Origin: Octopus vulgaris
Taxonomy: Eukaryota
Assembly: GCA_951406725.2 (NCBI GenBank)
Contig: OX597816.1
Span: 32,054,001-32,118,000 of the forward strand
Direction: 5' to 3'
Length of the DNA stretch: 64,000 bases
In this document: one piece after another, positions 29,674 through 45,490 of the stretch
Layout of the letters: the number at the start of each line of letters is the position of its first letter
How positions within the stretch are numbered: the stretch's first letter is position 1
Notes under the pieces: generated by a model
Told to the model about the DNA's origin: nothing
What the model saw: the letters and a program-made list of their open reading frames with translations, nothing else
Databases searched by the model: none
Program-made: the position numbers and the translations under genes

Positions 29674-30862
29674 ATACATATATATTACAATGTATGTAGT
29701 GGGTGGCAACAAAAATCTTTATAGAATGTTTCTGGCTACCCACAGTAATCGAGGAGAAACTAAACCTAAAGTCATAACGTTCTTTACAAATTACTACTCT
29801 CTTACACTTATACGCGTAGCTTTACCTGTTTCACACCTGCAAAAGCAATGAAGGGATTTTATTTATCCTCGCTGGTAACATGACATTATGTAGTAGTTTT
29901 TATTTCAACATATTCCGTAAAAAATGTTTCCTCCGACGAACATTTATATTTTGTGTTTTAAACTGATCTTCGAAAGTTTTCATAGAAGGTATTCGTGTAT
30001 TCTTACAGTGGAAATTTTATAAATGATTACTAATTAAATAACACTTCTGTATATATTGTAAAACTTTTCGATCTGGTTCTATAAAGATAGGCTTCGAAAA
30101 ATGTCAAAGCGTATTTCTTCCAGCTGTTGAAGTACTGTGTTCAAATTCAGTCAATTTTGACACTTCCTATTGTATTTTCGTTTCAATAAAATAAATATCA
30201 GTCGATCCTCTTTTTACAGATAAAGTGAATACATTTTCCATGTTTGTTTTTGTGTTCAAAGAAAATACAAAATAATTCCTACGCGAAAGGAAATGTCAAT
30301 TTATTTCGTAAACAGAAAATATGATAAATGATGACGAAAGATAAAGATACGCAATAAAATGTAATTATCTTATTGTCAGTAATGTGAAGAAAAATAATAT
30401 ATTTCTGAGGAAAATGCTTTTATTTCGATAGCACAAATACTATACTTAGAGCTACAACCACAATTTTTGACATTGTAACAAGCCCAAAATTAACAAAGCG
30501 TCTTTCAAATCAAAAATGTAGAAAACTTTGCGCGACTGAAACACATGTATCGATCCAAAGATATCCAATTTATAAGATCTATGCATTAACTGCCTGGCGG
30601 AGAATTCCTCTGCATTCCATAGATTGCAAATGAAGGTGCATTCGTGCCTCATTCCATTAATGAAGGACAAAATCGAAAACATATAAGCTATCTCGGAAAT
30701 TTCTGGTACGTTGGATTCCTGTGAAGAGAATATGGCAGATGCTAATTTCCATATGCTGTACATGTCAGTTCTTCTTCTTCTTCTTCTTCTTCTTCTTCTT
30801 CTTCTTCTTCTTCTTCTTCTTCTTCTTCCTCCTCTTCTCCTTCCTCTTCTTCTTCTTCGTCT

Positions 30863-30924
<62 letters not shown>

Positions 30925-30925
30925 G

Positions 30926-31002
<77 letters not shown>

Positions 31003-31022
31003 CTACCACCACTACTACCACA

Positions 31023-31089
<67 letters not shown>

Positions 31090-31102
31090 AAACTACTACT
31101 AC

Positions 31103-31134
<32 letters not shown>

Positions 31135-31272
31135 CCGTTGCAGCCTGTTACAATTCATTTTCAATAATATATATCGTCGTGTGGTAATATTTCTAAATGC
31201 TTACATAAAATATATTCATCTTATCTCCAATTCCTCTGGTGTCATGTGAATGTGGATGGGAAAATATGTATA

Positions 31273-31347
<75 letters not shown>

Positions 31348-34300
31348 GTGTGTGTATGTGTGTGTGTAAGCATATGAGATATATAAAGACACATTGGGGA
31401 ACGGAAAGAAGAGTGCAAAAGAAGATAATTAGCAAACCGCTGATGTAACGTGACGATGGAAAATATGCGTCTTCGTAGCAGCTTATGATACCTCCGGATT
31501 TTTTTTCTCTTTTTTAATGCAGAGAAAACAAAATCAGCCTACTTGTCAAGTCATGAAGTAGCAGTAATGATTATTATGAGTGACTGAGGGCGCTCAATAG
31601 ATGTTTAATGATGCTAGCAGTCCAACTTCTTCATTAAATATCCAAAGTTAAATTATGCCTTCTCAAAGAAAAATATATATTTTGTCTCGGGGCCACATTT
31701 TTCTCTAAATTTACATTAGGTTTTGTTACTCCAATTTGTTTTCTCTCATTAACACATTTTCAGAAACATATATGAATGGCATATAATTTAGTTCTTCTAT
31801 GAAGTCATGTATTTATTGTGATGAGTCCGTAATTTTTCAAGTTCGATTACTGGATGAGTCGGTTTACTTCATATTTGGGCCAAGTACTTCATTTTACTCT
31901 CCTTCGCTTGATACTGATGTAAATGTTTTCCAGTCAAGGGCTGTTGCATTTTTCTGTCCCATCACCTTCTACATCCAATTCGTTTCACCGGATCGATGTT
32001 GGAATGATAATAAGTGACGGCATATGTCCTCATCGTTACAGGGACGTGTGGAGCAACATAATCTTTGAGCAAACTACTACTTTATACATATCTGCAGTTG
32101 ATTCCAATTACCTGTGTTCTTTTACTTCGTTGAGTTATTTCGAAGTAAAATTTTAATAGCATTCACTAATTTCTATACGATTGTATATTCATGTGTTTGA
32201 AAGCATTCAACTGTATGAAAGTTATACAGACAAATATAATAATAGTATATCTCTTCATCATAAGATTTCTTGTTTATATTTTTATCATTCATGAATTGAC
32301 TAAGCCTTTGTCGAAATACCCGCAAAACGTTCTATAATGTTTGTTTACTTTCCCTACTTAGCACGTTTGTTGTAGCTACAGTTGGTTTTCCAATCTTAAA
32401 ATACAGCCCATCTAACTACAGAAATGAATTTACAGCACTCTGCAAATTACTGTCCTTTGGAAAACTGAGTACTGCTAACTTATAAATGCCGATTTGAGTT
32501 CGTCTATTATCTATGTAAAATTACAATATCTTTTTATATTTTGCAAATATGCCAATAAACAATAGGCAAACATATTCAAGACTCAATAAATACGTTTAAC
32601 GTAACACTCGTACGTCTCAGCCGATAGTTATTATCAAATTCATTCAAACTTCTTAATTTCTGTATCCCAGCATTTAATATATCTCATTCTGATTGTGGAC
32701 GAGTCATACTTTATCATAGTGTGTCTGCTCATTCTAGCAAACCGAATGTTTATGTTGAATCTCTTTCGTTGGATTTTAATTACTTATGCTGTTAAATCAT
32801 TATAATCTTGTTTCATCTACATTTTTTCAGTTAATTTTCTCCATTTTATCTATAATGTAACAATTTAAGCGTTGAAATTGGTCTCTAATTTTCTTCTCAT
32901 CTGAAATATTCTTTGCACCTGCATGCAAAACCCTGCCGTGAATCACAATTTCGTCATACTTTCGAAGAGATATTCATATGAAGGGATTTATTTTCCTAAC
33001 ATACAAGTAAATAAAACATGCATTTGATATCTTTCGTTGAAATAATTTCTAAATGCAATACTTCGTGATAAATAGCTTTAATTCTGAGTAATAGAACTGA
33101 ACTGGTTTTGCTACTGTTTGACATGGATCATCTTGATTTCGATCAATATCACATTCTATGAAAAACGTTAGAATCATTTAAGAAAATAGTTATTCCATTT
33201 GTTTCCGAAATAACATAACCATTTTGGACCTGTTTTCACAGGCGTGGATTAATCCTTAACTGATATATTTTGGTGTGATTTTGCCTTGATGGTTTCCCGA
33301 TTTATCAAATTTTGTTCTAGTATACAGCTTAATACTACTAATTGTAGATTCACTGATGATATGTAAAATACAATATTTTCTATCGCGAATCCACTCCGTC
33401 AAATCAACAACAGATTACAAAATAAAAGACTGACTTGTTTGATATAAATTGTACTCCATGTTCTTTATTATGTATTTTGGCAATAAAGGCGTCCATAAAG
33501 GAAACAATTTTTACGCCACAGGATAGTAGCATTATTATGTATGAGATACATTAAAAAATTAAAGATTAAAATCAAATTATAAACTACTAACATAATTTTA
33601 AAGAACCTTATAATTATTTGCGATCTATATATCTCTTTTTCTAAGTAATATCTTACAAATAACGTACAGTTACAATCTAATAATTATATACATATCTTCA
33701 ACAACTGAATAATTATAGAATCATATTAACAATCAGTAGTTATACAGTATACAATAAAATACAATAAAACTTATTAAAATACTTTAAAATCTTAAATACT
33801 TAGTTTTCAAAAGTCGTGTCATGTACTAAAATTTTAAAACGCAAAACTTCTTTTAAGCGTTTATAAGAATACTCGTGGAATACGTTATTACAGAAATATA
33901 ATAAACAGATGAAGAATTATTTTAACAATGAAAACTACGAATATATTTTATCAAGGAAAATTATGAATAAATATTATCAATGGAAAAAACGACTATAGTT
34001 TAGCTATAAATGGTAAAGAGAACAAAGTAACTATTAGAGAATAAAACTACTATATAATATAAAATTTATCATCAAAAATAACTACAATAAATTATACTCA
34101 ATACTCCATAAATTAAATAACTACCAATTACTGTATATACTCTAAAAATCTAATAAAGATTAATTTTATAAAAAAAAAAGGTTACGTTGTAGTCAAATCT
34201 TAATATAAATAAAATAGAAATATAACTATTACACACATTACAAATTAATTCAGTAGTAATTCAAGCATTATCTATAATATGACCACTAATTAATATAAAA

Positions 34301-34881
34301 ACTATATTCTAAGCAAATTCATTATATAATATTAATTAAAAAGACATCTAAATAAATCTACTTCGAAATATATAAAAAAATAAATACATATTGATTAAGT
34401 TATCAAATTTATTAAAAACTATATACTTAATTGTAGTATAAAATAAATATATATATTATATATCATATTAATACTCAAAATAAATGCTAAACAATAATAA
34501 ATTAAACTTATTAGATAGGTAAACTAATTTATATGTAGATCAAATACATCTGTCTTAAATTGAATAAAGTACATATTATCATTATCAAAAATAATACATA
34601 AAGAAAAAAAATTTAATTATTATCCTATACATTCAAAATTATAAACCTTCATATAATCTATATTCATTAAAACCATTAAATATTTATTAATAAAATAAAC
34701 ATCTAAATATAATCTAAGTATAAGTATTTAAAGAACCTTTACTAACTCTTATTGACTAATACCAAGCCACATACAGAATTGCGAACACAAAACTACTATC
34801 ATTAATTAATATATGTATTAAATATTTTAATTTATTTAATTATTTATTTAATAATATTAAATTAAACTTATTAAATCATGT

Positions 34882-34987
<106 letters not shown>

Positions 34988-35399
34988 TAACTGACATACT
35001 AAATTTTAGATTAATTCTAGTACATAAAACTACAAATTAGGAACAAACGTACATATGTTCATATATGTACACACAAACACACATATATTTGTCACGTTGT
35101 GTGTATATATGCATATATGAATTTATATACAGACTCAATATATATACATACATACATATATATTTGAGTGTGTGCATGTATGTGTATGTGTTTTCCCATA
35201 CAGAATAACATAAGGGAGTATGTATTTGGGGGTTTTAAAATGAATCTAAATCTTAAAACCTGTGGTGGTTTTTAAATTTAGTAATAGATTTATTCAAATA
35301 CCAAACAAGTTTCCAAACTTTTTTTTATGAATGCTACAAAGAAATAAATAAAGGTTTTAGGATACTTTACAGTAACAAAATAACAGAAAACAATGTATT

Positions 35400-37560
35400 C
35401 AATCAATCCAATGTTTAAAACATCAACTACATTTCAATGAGTTTCACTGAAATATATAAGGATATAAGTTTACATGTTCTCCGAAATTCAAAAAATTAGT
35501 ATATAAATGAAAGTTCCGTCTCATCGAGTTTTCTTGTAAAAAGCGATGTGGGTAAGAGAAGATAAGAAGCAAGATGTCCTTCTTTCTTTTCTTTCATGAT
35601 GCGTGTAGCTCTCTACTCAGTTTCTGTCGTAGTGCGCGGGTTTCTTCATCTGCTTATTTCTTTAGAGTTCGAAATATATTATGTCTATATCCTCTAGTAT
35701 ACACTTATATGATTTTCGATAACGAATCAAGTTTTGATTGGTTGTAATTTTGAAGACCTCTTTTAGCTTTTTACGTGCTCAAAATACGTTTGTTTGGCAA
35801 AATCTAGCGTTTCGGCTGGTTGGCTTTTGTGTGATGCCAATTGATTTTTGAACATTTTTAATCCTTGTTGACGTTGACGAAGGGACAACTTCCGATTGGT
35901 TGTGAGTTTCATGACGTCACTTAATTTGATCAAAATATTTTTTCTTCTCGACTAACCTTTTATGCTGACAAAGTTCAGCGCTCTGCTTCCTTGACTTTCT
36001 GCTAGGGATTCGTGAACTTGTTTTTGTCTGAAGATCGTCAAGCATTATGTTTGGTTGTTTCCCTTAAGAACTCACTGTACCTGATGTTTATGACTGTTTC
36101 ATTTTTTTCTGAGAGTCAGATTGTAACTGGAGGAACATTTCATTGGTTTAGTATGAGGTGACGTCAGCATCTGGTGTTTGAGAAGGTGTATGGTGTTCTA
36201 TATAGTAATTTTGATTTAGGGTTTCAAGTCCGTGAAGAAACTTTTCGATTTATATTTGTTTTCTCTGGTCGATTTTTGTGACTAAATTGGGTTTTATCTT
36301 TTTGGTTTCCTGGTGTGTTATTACAGGATATTTAGTTGCTCTTTGTCTTCCTTCATGAGCAGAGTTTCTCTAATTAATCCGAATTGGGTTGCTTTCCTGT
36401 GCATTGATAGAGGTCAAAATCTCGTGATTTATGCTTACGGAGCATTGATCTAAGTGTTTACTTAAGAGAATATTCCTGGTCGTCGATTCCCGGATCTCCT
36501 GCCTATATACCGTCAGTCTGTTTCTGAAGGTCAAGCTCATTTGATCTATGTAGTCCCCATCACACCCACCATATTTGGAATCCTGCGTTGCACATGTGAA
36601 GTAATTCTTATGGTGAATATTCTACCTTACTTTCAATTCATATGTTGAAATTTTCGGAATGTAGATGAAAGTTCTGCAGTTGTGGCGCTTGTAAGTTCTT
36701 ACTGTTGAAGTTGTAATTCTGTTTGGTTATTTGTTGTTGGGATGTAAACATTTTAGACACTTTTCTTTTCTTCTTTTCATAATTCTATTTTTTCGAGTGT
36801 CTATTTTTACATTCTCACGTTATTCAACAGAAGGGTCATATACTGATAGATGATGTTGCACGCTTCCATGCTTCTTGGATTGTACGTTGATACGGTTTAA
36901 GTGTATGAGGGGTTTTTCGCAATTCTTAGATATCTGTTGTTCTATTTCGTTTTTGGTTTACACTGACGAGGTAAATTCTTGTAATATATTTTTTAATATC
37001 CTGGATTACCGGCATTGGATACAACTGTGCAAATTCTTCATGCCGAATCAAATGTTATATTGATTCGGTATGCTTTGGCTGGTAGGTAGAAAACAGACAT
37101 CATTTTGAGTCTGTAGGTTTAAATGTTGGTTTAAAGTATACCAGGATTTCAGTGTTAATATCTCTTTTTATGATTAATATGTCCAGAAATGTTAGTTGTT
37201 TGTGTTTTTATTCTATTGTAAATTGGATCCTGACGGCAATGTGATTTATTTAGATTTTAAAATCAAACAGTTGATCAACGTTTTGTGAGCATAGAATGAA
37301 ACAATCGTCCAGATAGTTTCCATTTGGCGAGTATGTATCTTTGGAAGTTGAAAATTTCTGTCTAGTACCTTCGTTTACTTTCAAATATGCTATGACAATT
37401 GCAGTGCAAAATAATTGTCGGTAGGTGGAAGCACCTACCGACAAAAGTTTTTCTGTAGGATGAATTTTAGTCTCTTAATGAAGAATAATTTTCCAATTCG
37501 GTCAGAAATGTCATATGGGAATTTTCCCAGTAGAACTATATGGCTTCTATCCCTTATTCC
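35400..37560 (-). pseudogene. Degraded Penelope-like element (RT + GIY-YIG)
   Basis: Minus-strand remnants NYLDDCFI (~37300), QLTFLDILI, FKPTDSK, an HPKHT/RICTVV-like segment and YIGR (~36505). 3' region carries a tandem ~79-bp repeat. Confidence 0.65.
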
Positions 37561-37780
37561 TGAGGATTCGGAGTGTTAAAGTATATTAAATCGAATGAGC
37601 CGTAGATTCTTATACAACCCTTATTTATTTATTTCTGCCATTGATAAGCAAAGTTTGCCGAAACCGCTTTTGAATTTTAATAAATCTATTACTAAATTTC
37701 AAAACGATTATCCGTTTTGAGATCCACGTACACATTCAAATCCCATAGCAACTTCTCATATATATATATATATACAGACT

Positions 37781-37812
<32 letters not shown>

Positions 37813-40800
37813 TAGAGACTGAGAGAAAGGGATAAAAGCATAGAAATAAAGAAAGTAAGAAAGAAAGAAAGAAAGAAAGACAGAAAGAAAGGGACAAAGA
37901 GAGAAAGTAAGCGAATAGTACTTACTGCTTTCGGTGCTGAAATTAGTGATTTAGATTCAACGTTAATTATGTTTCATAAACATGTTCCTAATTGAAATAG
38001 ATATTCCTTTAAAGCAGTAAAGAAGCGTTTATAACTTGAGTGAGCATATGTAAATTATAGCTGTCACATTAAATACGGAATATGCGCTTATTTTCTTTCT
38101 TTTCACTCAATTTGCAAACATATTTAGAAAGCTGCATATCTGCCTATGGATAACAGTAATATTTCATGATACGTTTTTATTATTTCTCTTTTCATTAATA
38201 TTGTTTACGTTTGTTGCTGACTATTTGTGCTTCTATTTTACAATTTTTGGAACGATAATTATGAAATAGCGTTTCCAAGTTTAGTATAGCACTTCGGTAA
38301 ATTATCTTTTTTCAGCAATCATTTCATTTTATTTCATATTTTGTTAATTCTCTTCAGCATGGAAAAGGTGTTTTATAATTATCTAAGGCATGTCTAACTT
38401 ATACATGTCCATTTCTTGCTATAAATACAAGGTCGTTTTAAAGAATATGTATCTATAGACAATTACCATTTGCTATAACTTTCTCTTTCAATTTCACTTA
38501 GTAAATAGGTGTATCTGTAGAACCTCTAAATTCCCGCATGTTGTCATGGACAATTTAACCTTCTTCTAATTATCATTCTCGTTTGAATATATAATGTGAA
38601 ATTCAGTTTCTTAGGTTTCATTTCGTTTCACCCCCTTTCCTGAATTGCGAAATGATACAAGGTAAATAACATCAGATTAGTGTATTAGGCAGGTTAGAAC
38701 CCATTACATATTCTAAGTTATAAGTAAAGATCTACACCGGACTTAAACTAAAGACTTGGAATTGCCGCCACCTAACTCTCTGAAGAGTGAATGATAGTCG
38801 ATTAAATAGGGTAGACCGGTAAGAGTCGAATGGTGTGTAGTCCTATATGAAGCATCTAATATTTTCGAAATTACAGATTTAAGCTGTGATGTTGATGGTA
38901 ATATATATATGTATTTATTTACAATTTCATTATACTTTCTGTTTGTATTTTCAAGTAGTGACATGAGATAGATTGCTGGGTGGATATATCGAAAATGTTG
39001 ATGAGGAAAGATCAAAATTGTGAGAAAGATTGTCATTTGTTAGGTCAAGGTAGGGAACTACGGATTATAGCACTGGATGTACGCTAACACAGTGCATGAC
39101 TGCAAGAATATGTTTCATTTTATAGGGCTGCAAGATGGCGGGGGTACACGTTTATGGAAACATTGAGTAATATGTTAGTACACGCCTTCTTTGACAAGAT
39201 CTAGTGCAGAAAATTCATGACAGTGTAGTAATTCTTGATATAATAGTATGCAGGTTAATTTTGGTATTGCCACTGTTCTTGATTTTGCTGCACCAAGGGA
39301 TAATTGATGAAGATAAAAATGACATGGATCGAAAAAATTAGTTATAGCTGGTAAATATCTGTCACATAAATTATCAATTCATTAAGAAATTAAGGACCTA
39401 ATTTATAATATAGATCTAGATAAATGAGATGAACCAGTCGCAACTGGAACGCCATTAGTCAGGGTTGGTTTTACCTCAATAACACTATCAGTATTAAGCG
39501 GTTGCTTTTCTTTGTCTCCAAGTAAATGACAGCAATATTTTTCTTTTTCTCTCAGTTTTTAAATGCTTCCGTATAACAAATAACTGTAGAGATTCTAGCA
39601 CTCTCAAATTCATATCCATCTATGAGTGGATATAAGTAATATAAAGACATGGCTAACTTTATGAAGGATTATACTTTTAAAACTCCGTGTAAATTGACGA
39701 GTCGCAGCCTACATATTTTGTAAAATTTCATGCTATACCTAATTTATCAATAACTGAATGATCTCTTTTTTCTAAATCAATACTCTAATATTTTTTTATA
39801 CATTTATCTACCCATACCAACAATTTAATGATATCTGTGATCCACTACAATTACAATGTCTAGATATACCAGAATTATACCCTGGTGAGTTACTTTATTC
39901 TGCTATCGATATATAAATTTACCTAGTTCTATACGATATTTAATACGTCACTGAGAATAAATAGATAACCTCATAAATTCATATTATTTAAACGGATGAG
40001 GATATGGTAACACATATGTTACAACACATTGCACACACCGTTGTAAGATTCTTGTATACCAAACAACTTGTATGAACGTGATATATTTTGAGGACATTTC
40101 CCTGATAATATATACAAAACGTTCACCTACACTTGCGTTACTGAAGAATTTTACGATACATTTCAATGGTTATATCAGAAAAAATCTTCATATTAATCAA
40201 ATTTCAAGTTACTCTTACAAGGTTACTAAATCCGTTAGATGCACCACGTCCATAATACACAAAGAGTAATAATCTGATTTCCGCTGTAGAAAAACATGGA
40301 GAGTAATATGTTGAGATATTACTTGTGTATAGTGATATATCCACGTTTAAGACGATAGACGAATTTAGAATATATACCGAAAAGTGCACACTGAAATGAC
40401 GTTCATATTTCATCGGAGATATTTTCCTGCGAGTGACAAATATAATACTTTCTATAAAATTACACGTTATCAATGATTTATGCTTTAGTTTATGTCATTA
40501 GTATTAGTTACAATCTTATGAATTATTTCTTGGCCCAACACAAAAAAAATATATAATTTGCGTATAATTATGCGTTGATAGTAGATTGCTCATGTATACC
40601 AATGTCTATTTTCATATGTTGATGTCATTTCATACATAAACATAATAATTGATTGTATTTACAACGGAATGTAGGAAGAGGTTCTGAAAAAAACGAACAA
40701 TAAGTACCTCAAAATACTTAATTTCAATATTTTGATATTCTATATAATGCAAAGGCAGATATAACTAATTAGAATAGATTTCAATATATTTAATGTGATG

Positions 40801-41670
40801 TAAATAATTCTCCTTTGAACATAAGAGATAAGATGCAGCTTTCATTAACTACCCATCAAATGCACACACAATACATTTTACCTTATAACTTATTTTCATA
40901 AATCCACAGGTGTATTTTGTATCCGTTTTCACGTGTGGTGAATATATATAAATGAATTATATAGTGTGAATTTCGAATAACAGGATCCCCACCTCGCGCG
41001 CACACATATATATCATTCAAACCAAATCTCAGTTGCCATTTTTAGTTAAATATAGATATGTTTATAAATGAGATTTTGACTGCAAGCATTTAAGGCGTGT
41101 ATTTACAGTCCCTTTACCAGAGTTGAAGCTTGAAATATGCATATTAAGTAAAAGTGAATTGACAAAATATTGTTTGGAATCCATCGGTAGCATGAAAATT
41201 CTGACATTATTCCCTGGTTTCTGAATTCAGATTGGATCACCCTCCAGTGAAGTACACAACAGTAGAATTAATAAGTTACTAGGTGGTAGTACTGTTCTTC
41301 GCAAAAACTATCATTGAAATATATAGTAAGCCCCATTTGTTCAGAGGATGGAATTCTACCCTTTAAACACTTAAAAGTTTTTATATTTGTTTGGAATTTT
41401 GAGAAACTTTTTGGTAAATTTCTGTTCTACACACGGGAATTCATACGATTATACAATCACAAGAAGAATATATTTGTGCCTGATTTAAAGGACTATTCAG
41501 CTGTCATCTTTAAAACATCTCACGACCACCTCAGACATTCCTTGTTTGTCAGGTCTAACGTATTGATGTTTTTCAATATCTTTGTCACAAATATCACATG
41601 TAATGATCTATTACTGGAATTTAAGCCTAAAGTCTGAACTGCCCGCAATTAAACTGTGGTATTTCTAAAA

Positions 41671-42048
41671 AGGAGGAGCAATGGCCCAGTGGTTAGGGCA
41701 GCGGACTCGCGGTCGTAGGATCGTAGTTTCGATTCTCAGACCGGGCGTTGTGAGTGTTTATTGAGCGAAAACACCTAAAGCTCCACGAGGCTCCGGCAGG
41801 GATGGTGGTGATCCCTGGTGTACTCTTTCACCACAACTTTCTCTCACTCTTACTTCCTGTTTCTGTTGTACCCGTATTTCAAGGGGCCGTCCTTGTCACT
41901 CTCTGTGTCACGCTGAATATCCCCGAGAACCTCGTTGAGGGTACACGTGTCTGTGGAGTGCTCAGTCACTTACACGTTAATTTCACGAGCAGGCTGTTCC
42001 GTTGATCGGATCAACCGGAACCCTCGTCGTCGTAACCGACGGAGTGCA
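41671..42048 (+). mobile_element. tRNA-derived SINE
   Basis: Pol III A-box TGGCCCAGTGG and B-box-like GTTTCGATTC in a tRNA-like head, followed by a ~300-bp GC-richer body. Confidence 0.8.
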
Positions 42049-45000
42049 TCTATATATTTCTTAAAAAAAGCGTTTTGAAATTTATCCATTTTCTGAATGT
42101 GATGAGGCAATAAATTCAGGGGAGTAAACATCTGTAGTAATGCCCTTTTATTTACAGGATTTATTTGTATTTCAAATTCATATCATTCATTGTTTTCTAT
42201 GTTCTCTCTCTCTCTCTCTCTCTTAGTCTCTCTCTCACACACACACATACACATACACACACACACTCACACTGCAAACCTACAGGTGGGCTGCTGAAGT
42301 GAAATCTCTATGCTGCTTTGAGGGGAAGGTAAATCTTGACAAACTGCCTCTCCTTCAGTTGTTGGACTACTGTGATGATATTCGGGCATTTATAGGTTTA
42401 TAAAGATATATTTTAATATATCTCTCAATATATATTGAGCATACCCTTTAATATTTTTATATATAATATATATTTATTTTTTATGTTATTCATTCATCTA
42501 TGTTGGTGGAATCTTCCATCAGGTACATTTTGCTTTCATATCCCTACACACCTGTTCTCTATTTAAACGTAAAACCTTTAGCTGGACAGTTCAATCGGGA
42601 TTCTTCGTTTCTGATTTTGCCGGTTATACAATTTAAAATTGTTTTGTGTATCTTTTTACTTACACCAAAGTATCATGTTCTGATTGGTTGCATATTTAAT
42701 GACGTCATGTCTATCATTTTGACTAGAACATCGCTGTGATGCCCATGTGCTTTATGCGTTTTGATAAAATATTGTTGTTTTGGCAGAAGTCTAGCATTCT
42801 GAGTAGTTCCCTTGCCGGTGACATCTTTTACTTGTCGAATGTTTCAATCCTTTGTGTTTGACTAGTAGTGATTCAGTGCTCTGATTGGTTGTTTTCATTC
42901 TCATCATGCCATAAATATACGTCAATCAACAAGGTGAGTTTTATTCAAATATATTACCTTTGATTTTGAGTTCCAATTATTTCATCGTTTCCTGATATTT
43001 TTGCTTCATATCTGCATGGTACTTTATAAAAAAACCCACGCGGATTGTTAACGGTCCTTATACAATGTACTTTCATTGTTCTGTAGACCAATAAGATAAC
43101 ATATCATTATTATAGGTGAGACGACCGCATCGTTATAATTTCAGACAAAATTCTCCAAGACATTTCTCGAGGTTTTTCACGTTTTCACGTCAGAACCCAC
43201 CGCAGTTTATTTTGCTTTTAATCATTTCGTGGTCCATGAAGCAAGTATCAGCGTACATCTTTCATTTCACTTAGAAACTGATGACCTTGTGCTAAGATTA
43301 GAAACAGATACTACTACTGCTGATGATGATGATGCTGCAGTTACACCACCAACACCGCCGCTGCCACCACCACCGCCACCATCACCACCACTATTGCTGC
43401 TGCTGCTGCTACTACTACTACTACTACTACTACAACAACAACAACAACTACTACTACTACTACTACTACTACGCCTTCCACGGCCGACTTTCCTCTGTTA
43501 CTTTATATTGTGAGTACAAGTCTTAATGAGCACAAATTTCCCTTCCCACCCTGATATCGATTAACTAAATTCCCATCATCGTCTTCCTCGTTATTGTCAC
43601 AATCATCATCGCCATTAACACCATTGGTGGTTTATGATAATTAATTGTACTGCTTTGGTATTGTTTGTTCCGTGGATGGTATTATTTTTGCGGCTACACT
43701 TTTTTTTTTGTTTTACAATTGTGATATACCACGAATATCAACATACCGGAATAAATGCATTGTGCTAATTATTTCCGTCCCTTTTCGCGCTTACTAAACT
43801 CCATTCATTAATTAATTATGCTGCATCCGAAATGCATTCAATAATTTCCTTCTTATTCGTCCCGTATTAGTGCATTTAATGTCGATTAGAATATATTATG
43901 ATAATATTATTTCATTTAAACGACAATTAAAGAATTTATCATTAATATTGCATTTAGCAATTTCTAACACGATTTCTATAATAGGAATCTTCTATAATTT
44001 TGCTTTTTGAATATTTACAGACATGTATTATGTATTTTATTTCTATGCGTTACATTACTTTAATTGTGTCTAGGGTGATTCATTACAGCAATATTAATAA
44101 CATACGCACCCGTTCAATTCCAATTCTTTCTTAGTTACTTGGCGAAATCTCTAGCCATGCAATTGAATGATCGTTTGAGTACGTTGTTCTTTAATCAGTC
44201 AAAGTTTTGTTTTGGTGGTTGTCATAGTCATTTGCTGCCATTAGTAACATTTTCAATGACTTATTTTACGGTCATTTACGTACGGAGAGTTACTCTGTCT
44301 CATACGTTGTGGCCTGTATGTAAAAGATAGTAGGTATGTTGGTGTGCTTTCAATTGGGTCAGCGTGTGCGCGTGTCAGTGTGCGTTTTTAGGGGCCACTG
44401 TGCGTCTGCAATTGCCAGTGAGTGCTTCAGGGCGTAAGGATGTATAGATATTAATTGTGTGTGTATACTTTTGCGTACCTGTCTGTGTGTGCCTTCGCGT
44501 GTGCATATGTGTGCTTGTGCTTGTATGTGTGTCTGCCTGCTTATAGGGCGAGTTTTGAGTGTGTTGATGTGTTAATGATCGTGTTCCTGAGTTCACGTGT
44601 GTGCGTGTGTGTTTACCTGTGAGTTATACTAGGTGTTGCTGAGTGCGTTCTATACTTGTTGGATGGCCAGATTTGAAATTCAGCCATTGATGTGTGCCAT
44701 TTTGTTTATAGTATATAACAATGGTGGGACAGGAAGGTGAAATTTAGCACACGAATAGCAGCCTATGTTAGGACAATGAACCATGTGACATAGCTATGCA
44801 AACCCTTTGAAACAAAGATACTTGCACAGGAATTCATGCTCTGCATGCGGCTGGCAAGAGAGGGTTCGAGTGGACAAGTGTGGAGTCGAAGATATCACAT
44901 GACATCATGTGTAATGATGCTGATTGGTACTCACCCATGATACCGAAGTAAACTTTGGAAGAGTATACAGGGGATCTGTGACAAAGCAAACTGACTGAAC

Positions 45001-45428
45001 ACGTGATACAGATCCAGGAGGTCATCCTATGAGCTATATCGACCTTATTGCTGATGTGGGCACTCATTTGGAGCACTACAATTCCAGTCAATTATATATT
45101 TTGAGTATTGTTATCTCTAGCGTTATCAAGATATAACTTTGTATTTTATATTATATATATATATACTAATTTACAAGATAAGGGAAAAAGAACAACTTTT
45201 CATAAAATTTTTTTCCGGAGAAAAATTTTATCCTATATTAGTTATAAATTTAATTAGTGTTCACTTCCGGATTCTCTCACTCTGTGAAAGTTTTTAGTTC
45301 GAATCACATGTGTCTTGTGATGTGCCGAAGATTTTTCTATTTTGGATATATTTGGGGTACTTATGCCTGCTCAGGACTTGGTGTTTGCTTTTTCCATAGG
45401 TATGAGTAAGTACTTCACTTATATCTTG

Positions 45429-45490
45429 CGTATTTGCCGCTGAAGAGGGAAAACATTCTTATTAATTAATCCTGAAATTCGACCAATACG
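45429..45490 (+). ncRNA. Degenerate type I hammerhead ribozyme in a PLE-like pLTR remnant
   Basis: CGTATTTG..CTGAAGA-GGGA...TCCT-GAAA...CAATACG: core boxes, stem II GGGA/TCCT, stem I CGTATT/AATACG. Cleavage triplet degraded. Confidence 0.5.

Noticed and set aside
35430-35528. HHR with long stem II at the 3' end of the decayed PLE (minus: CTCGATGAG-ACGGAA...TTCAGT-GAAAC)
   Set aside because: The position is suggestive, but the core is altered and stems I and III cannot be drawn.
41680-41745. tRNA gene
   Set aside because: No proper acceptor stem or terminator; it continues into a SINE body.
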